In this document: one piece after another, positions 35,940 through 38,715 of the stretch
Position numbering within the stretch: position 1 is the first letter of the stretch
Layout of the letters: each line of letters starts with the position of its first letter
NCBI GenBank assembly: GCA_947259425.1
Contig: CAMYMO010000217.1
Span: 1 to 38,715, forward strand
Direction: 5' to 3'
DNA: 38,715 nucleotides
Origin: an uncultured Ectothiorhodospiraceae bacterium
GTDB lineage: Bacteria > Pseudomonadota > Gammaproteobacteria > UBA6429 > Thiohalophilaceae
Notes under the pieces: model-generated
The model's input: the letters and a program-made list of their open reading frames with translations, nothing else
What the model was told of the DNA's origin: nothing
The model's database searches: none
Made by a program: the position numbers and the translations under genes

Positions 35940-36269
35940 AGAATTGATTCTATTTTGGTCATATATTCGGATATATGGTCAACGATTTTTATTCCAATTT
36001 TTGTGGAAATAATCAGTAAATAATTCGATTTATTCCCGTTTTGAGACAGTGCACGCTTGATGATGTCCGCTAGTTATTATCCGGAGTCGGACGTATGCAG
36101 TCAAAATTTATGACTTTTCAACTGCCTGGGTAAGTCAGATCACAGTAGTGAAGACGTGTAAATTATTCCATATTTAGAAAACAGTTTTCGTATTGTCACT
36201 ACTAATCTTATTTTTGGAAATAATGTATGCTTTAAATGCTGTCAACTTGTAACAAAACGGAGTGTCAAT

Positions 36270-36752
36270 ATGTTAGTAAAAATATCAATACACAAGATAA
36301 TCAAAGTGCTGTTGATCACGGCAAGTGTACTCGTTCCCGTTTACTCAGTGAGCGCAAAAGACGATGAAATGTGCAAAACGGATATTAGATCGGTAATTAA
36401 ACTATACGAAAAAGCCTTGAATGGAAGTGATGTTAATGAGGTTATCAAACTCTATGCACAAGAGGGTGTCTTTATGCCATCAGGAAAACCGACTTCTGTT
36501 GGCCACTCGCAGGTGACCAAGGCTTATCAACATGTCTTTAAGGCTCTTGATTTAGATGTCACATTTCACTTTGACGAGATTGTTAGAAATGGCGATCTTG
36601 CTTTTGTACGTACAACATCAGACGGAAAAATAAAATTATTAGAAAAAAATTCGACAATATCAAATCAGAGTCGTGAATTGTTTGTAATGAAACGGATTAA
36701 TGAAAACTGGAAAATTTATCGCTACATGTTTAATGAAGTGAGTCAGCTTTAA
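36270..36752 (+). CDS. Secreted NTF2-fold (SnoaL/DUF4440/YybH-like) protein
   Basis: Signal peptide then 'IRSVIKLYEKALNGSDVNEVIKLYAQEGVFMP...GDLAFVRT...ELFVMKRINENWKIYRYMFN', the typical NTF2-like pattern. Confidence 0.65.
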   Translation: MLVKISIHKIIKVLLITASVLVPVYSVSAKDDEMCKTDIRSVIKLYEKALNGSDVNEVIKLYAQEGVFMPSGKPTSVGHSQVTKAYQHVFKALDLDVTFHFDEIVRNGDLAFVRTTSDGKIKLLEKNSTISNQSRELFVMKRINENWKIYRYMFNEVSQL

Positions 36753-36842
36753 GGTGTGACAAGGTGATTCTAGACAGAGAGATTGCAGGTGTTTGTTATC
36801 TGAATTGATCATTTAACGAATAATGGGTTGTCTGGCTGCTGC

Positions 36843-38715
36843 TTATTTACTAACATTTAAACCAGATATTTTTAAATCTTCAGTTTCGGTTATCTCGCTA
36901 TTCGTTCTTAACCAGGACGTCAAGGATTCGATGTCCATTGGTTTGCAGTAGTAATAACCTTGTGCAAACTCACAGCCCATTAATTTAAGTGCCTGGCTCG
37001 TCTCATCATCTTCAACTCCTTCTGCAACGACTTCCAAACCAAGACTATGTGCCAATTTCACTGTTGATTCGACAATAATATAGTCATCATTATCAGAAAG
37101 CAGATTCATCACAAAAGACCGATCGATCTTTACCTGACGGGCGGCTAATTTCTTCAAATAGGCAAGTGAGGAGTAACCGGTGCCAAAATCATCGATCGCA
37201 ATCGTGATGCCGAGATCAGCCAGGCGCTGAACAATTAGTTGAGATTGTTCCGGATCATGCATGATACTGGTTTCGGTTATCTCGAGTATTATGTGACTGG
37301 CGGGCATGTTTTCCGACTCAAGGAATTGTTTAACTTCAGTACTAAATTGCTCATCTTGCAAACTTCTTGCTGATATATTAATTGCGATGTCTAAATGGTT
37401 ATGGCCTTCTTGTTGTAAGTCTTTTAGTGCTTTTAACGACGTTTTCATAACCCAATTCGTTAGTGTGTTAACCATACTGGTTTGTTCTGCGATAGGGATG
37501 AACACATCGGGGCTGATATAACCATATTCATGATGTTGCCAACGTGCTAATGCCTCCATACCAACGATTTTATTGTCCTTTAGCGATATTTTAGGTTGGA
37601 AATGTAACTCTAATAAGTCGTTATCTAATGCGTGCCGAAGTTCGGCAATAAGCTTAAGACGATTTGGTGTGCTGGCACTAAGATTTTGGTCGTAGTATGC
37701 CCAGTCTTTACCACTACTTTTGGCATGATACATTGCAATATCGGCATGTCGCATTAAGTCTTCCTGGGTCTCACCATGGTGAGGGAATCTCGCTATACCC
37801 AGGCTCGCATCCACAGAAAGATGCAGTGCTTGCGCATTGATATGTGTTCTTATTTTTACGATCAGCTCGGCCAATAACTGTTCGAGCGTTGATTGGTCTA
37901 TACCAGGGATAATGAGTGCGTATTCGTCGCCGCCTAAGCGTGACACTAAAGTATCATGTGGTAAACCCATCTGTAGTCGGTTCGCGATCTCTATTAGCAC
38001 GATATCACCTACCAAATGCCCGAGCGCATCATTGATCTCTTTGAATCGATCCAGATCTATAATGATTACCCACATATCAGTATCATTTAGCGTGTTTTCT
38101 ATGATCAGTTCATTGAGCGTCTGGATAAATTGTTTTCGGTTTGGTAACTCAGTTAGTGAATCGTGTAAAGACTGAAACCGCATTTGCTCACTGATATGTT
38201 GTTGCTCTTCCAAAGCCTTTTCTTTTTCCCTACGCGAATCAATTAGAGATTGAGTTGTTCTGGATAAAGCCGCGAAGGGAAGCAGGCGTAATGAAAAATA
38301 AACCGATAACGCTATGATAATACCGATAATGCTGACGATTAATATCTCAAAAATTAATGGTTGGATGCTAACCGTAACAATTATTTTACCCGCTATTTTT
38401 TCTCCGTCATAAAGCATAGCTGTTGCTGAGTGGATTGGTTTCCTGGGTTCATTGCCGGACTCCAGTAATTGAGCATTGTTAGAACTAAAAATCTTATAGT
38501 ACGTATGATCAGTCTTGTTTCTGGAATGCTCGATAATATCCCCTATGCGGTGGTGTTGAAATTCCCATGAGTTAGGATAGCTATAGACAATCTCGGAAAC
38601 ATCATTGGCACTTTTGTCGGCTTTTGATTGAAGCCAAAGTGTTTGGTATCGATAAGATGCAATCGTATAGACGCCTGGAATCACAATCATCACAATCAGT
38701 GCAATAATAATGGCC
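36843..38715 (-). CDS. Membrane-bound GGDEF-EAL protein, 5' end outside the window
   Basis: The frame stays open to base 38715 (upstream codons read ...AIIIALIVMIVIPGV, a TM helix). The track start at 38693 is therefore probably internal. Second TM, then LPNRKQF...RLGGDEYALII, EALARW and DDFGTGYSSLAYL. Confidence 0.85.
   Translation of the reverse strand, partial: AIIIALIVMIVIPGVYTIASYRYQTLWLQSKADKSANDVSEIVYSYPNSWEFQHHRIGDIIEHSRNKTDHTYYKIFSSNNAQLLESGNEPRKPIHSATAMLYDGEKIAGKIIVTVSIQPLIFEILIVSIIGIIIALSVYFSLRLLPFAALSRTTQSLIDSRREKEKALEEQQHISEQMRFQSLHDSLTELPNRKQFIQTLNELIIENTLNDTDMWVIIIDLDRFKEINDALGHLVGDIVLIEIANRLQMGLPHDTLVSRLGGDEYALIIPGIDQSTLEQLLAELIVKIRTHINAQALHLSVDASLGIARFPHHGETQEDLMRHADIAMYHAKSSGKDWAYYDQNLSASTPNRLKLIAELRHALDNDLLELHFQPKISLKDNKIVGMEALARWQHHEYGYISPDVFIPIAEQTSMVNTLTNWVMKTSLKALKDLQQEGHNHLDIAINISARSLQDEQFSTEVKQFLESENMPASHIILEITETSIMHDPEQSQLIVQRLADLGITIAIDDFGTGYSSLAYLKKLAARQVKIDRSFVMNLLSDNDDYIIVESTVKLAHSLGLEVVAEGVEDDETSQALKLMGCEFAQGYYYCKPMDIESLTSWLRTNSEITETEDLKISGLNVSK

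Noticed and set aside
1-38715. Looked for tRNA/rRNA genes, IS elements, integrases, phage genes, and known defence systems (RM, CBASS, Cas, toxin-antitoxin pairs).
   Set aside because: None of the ORFs or intergenic regions show the corresponding signatures. The only faint hit is the orphan VapD-like ORF, reported separately with low confidence.

Overview
This 38.7-kb chromosomal window is probably from an AT-rich, marine-type gammaproteobacterium (a guess from gene content and composition). I support about 31 protein-coding genes, one pseudogene fragment, three good Rho-independent terminators, one clear promoter/operator and two coding or intergenic tandem repeats. I found no tRNA, rRNA, CRISPR array, transposase, integrase or prophage genes.

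Main blocks, left to right:
1. 1..3537 (-): a c-type cytochrome operon. It holds a 936-aa secreted protein (nine CxxCH sites, two PKD domains, eight bead-like monoheme domains), a small monoheme lipoprotein, and the N-terminus of an MtrA/DmsE-like multiheme cytochrome cut by the left edge.
2. 4121..4582: an orphan ATP-synthase epsilon paralogue.
3. 5201..7789 (-): a PAS-GAF-PAS histidine kinase with a FixJ-type regulator. It is divergent from block 4.
4. 8002..13977 (+): a tight operon opened by an HvfA/bufferin-like 'EGKCGEGKCGG' Cys-repeat precursor peptide. It is followed by an AlsS-like ThDP enzyme, an aldehyde dehydrogenase, a membrane-anchored FMN glutamate-synthase-domain protein, a DoxX protein and a small unknown. 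The usual DUF692 and DUF2063 maturase genes are absent. This is my best candidate for an undescribed system.
5. Thioredoxin-fold proteins, a TetR/methyltransferase pair, and several c-di-GMP proteins.
6. 19376..23509 (+): an operon with a fatty-acid-hydroxylase::GH3 fusion translationally coupled to an enolase-superfamily (MLE subgroup) enzyme.
7. A PA2779-like protein, a Hanks kinase and a VapD-like orphan.
8. 30149..35580: a dual-SBP histidine kinase, a CheY-like protein and a REC-PAS-GGDEF-EAL protein forming a signalling operon.

All family assignments rest on motifs I can read in the translations plus remembered family signatures. No database search was run.
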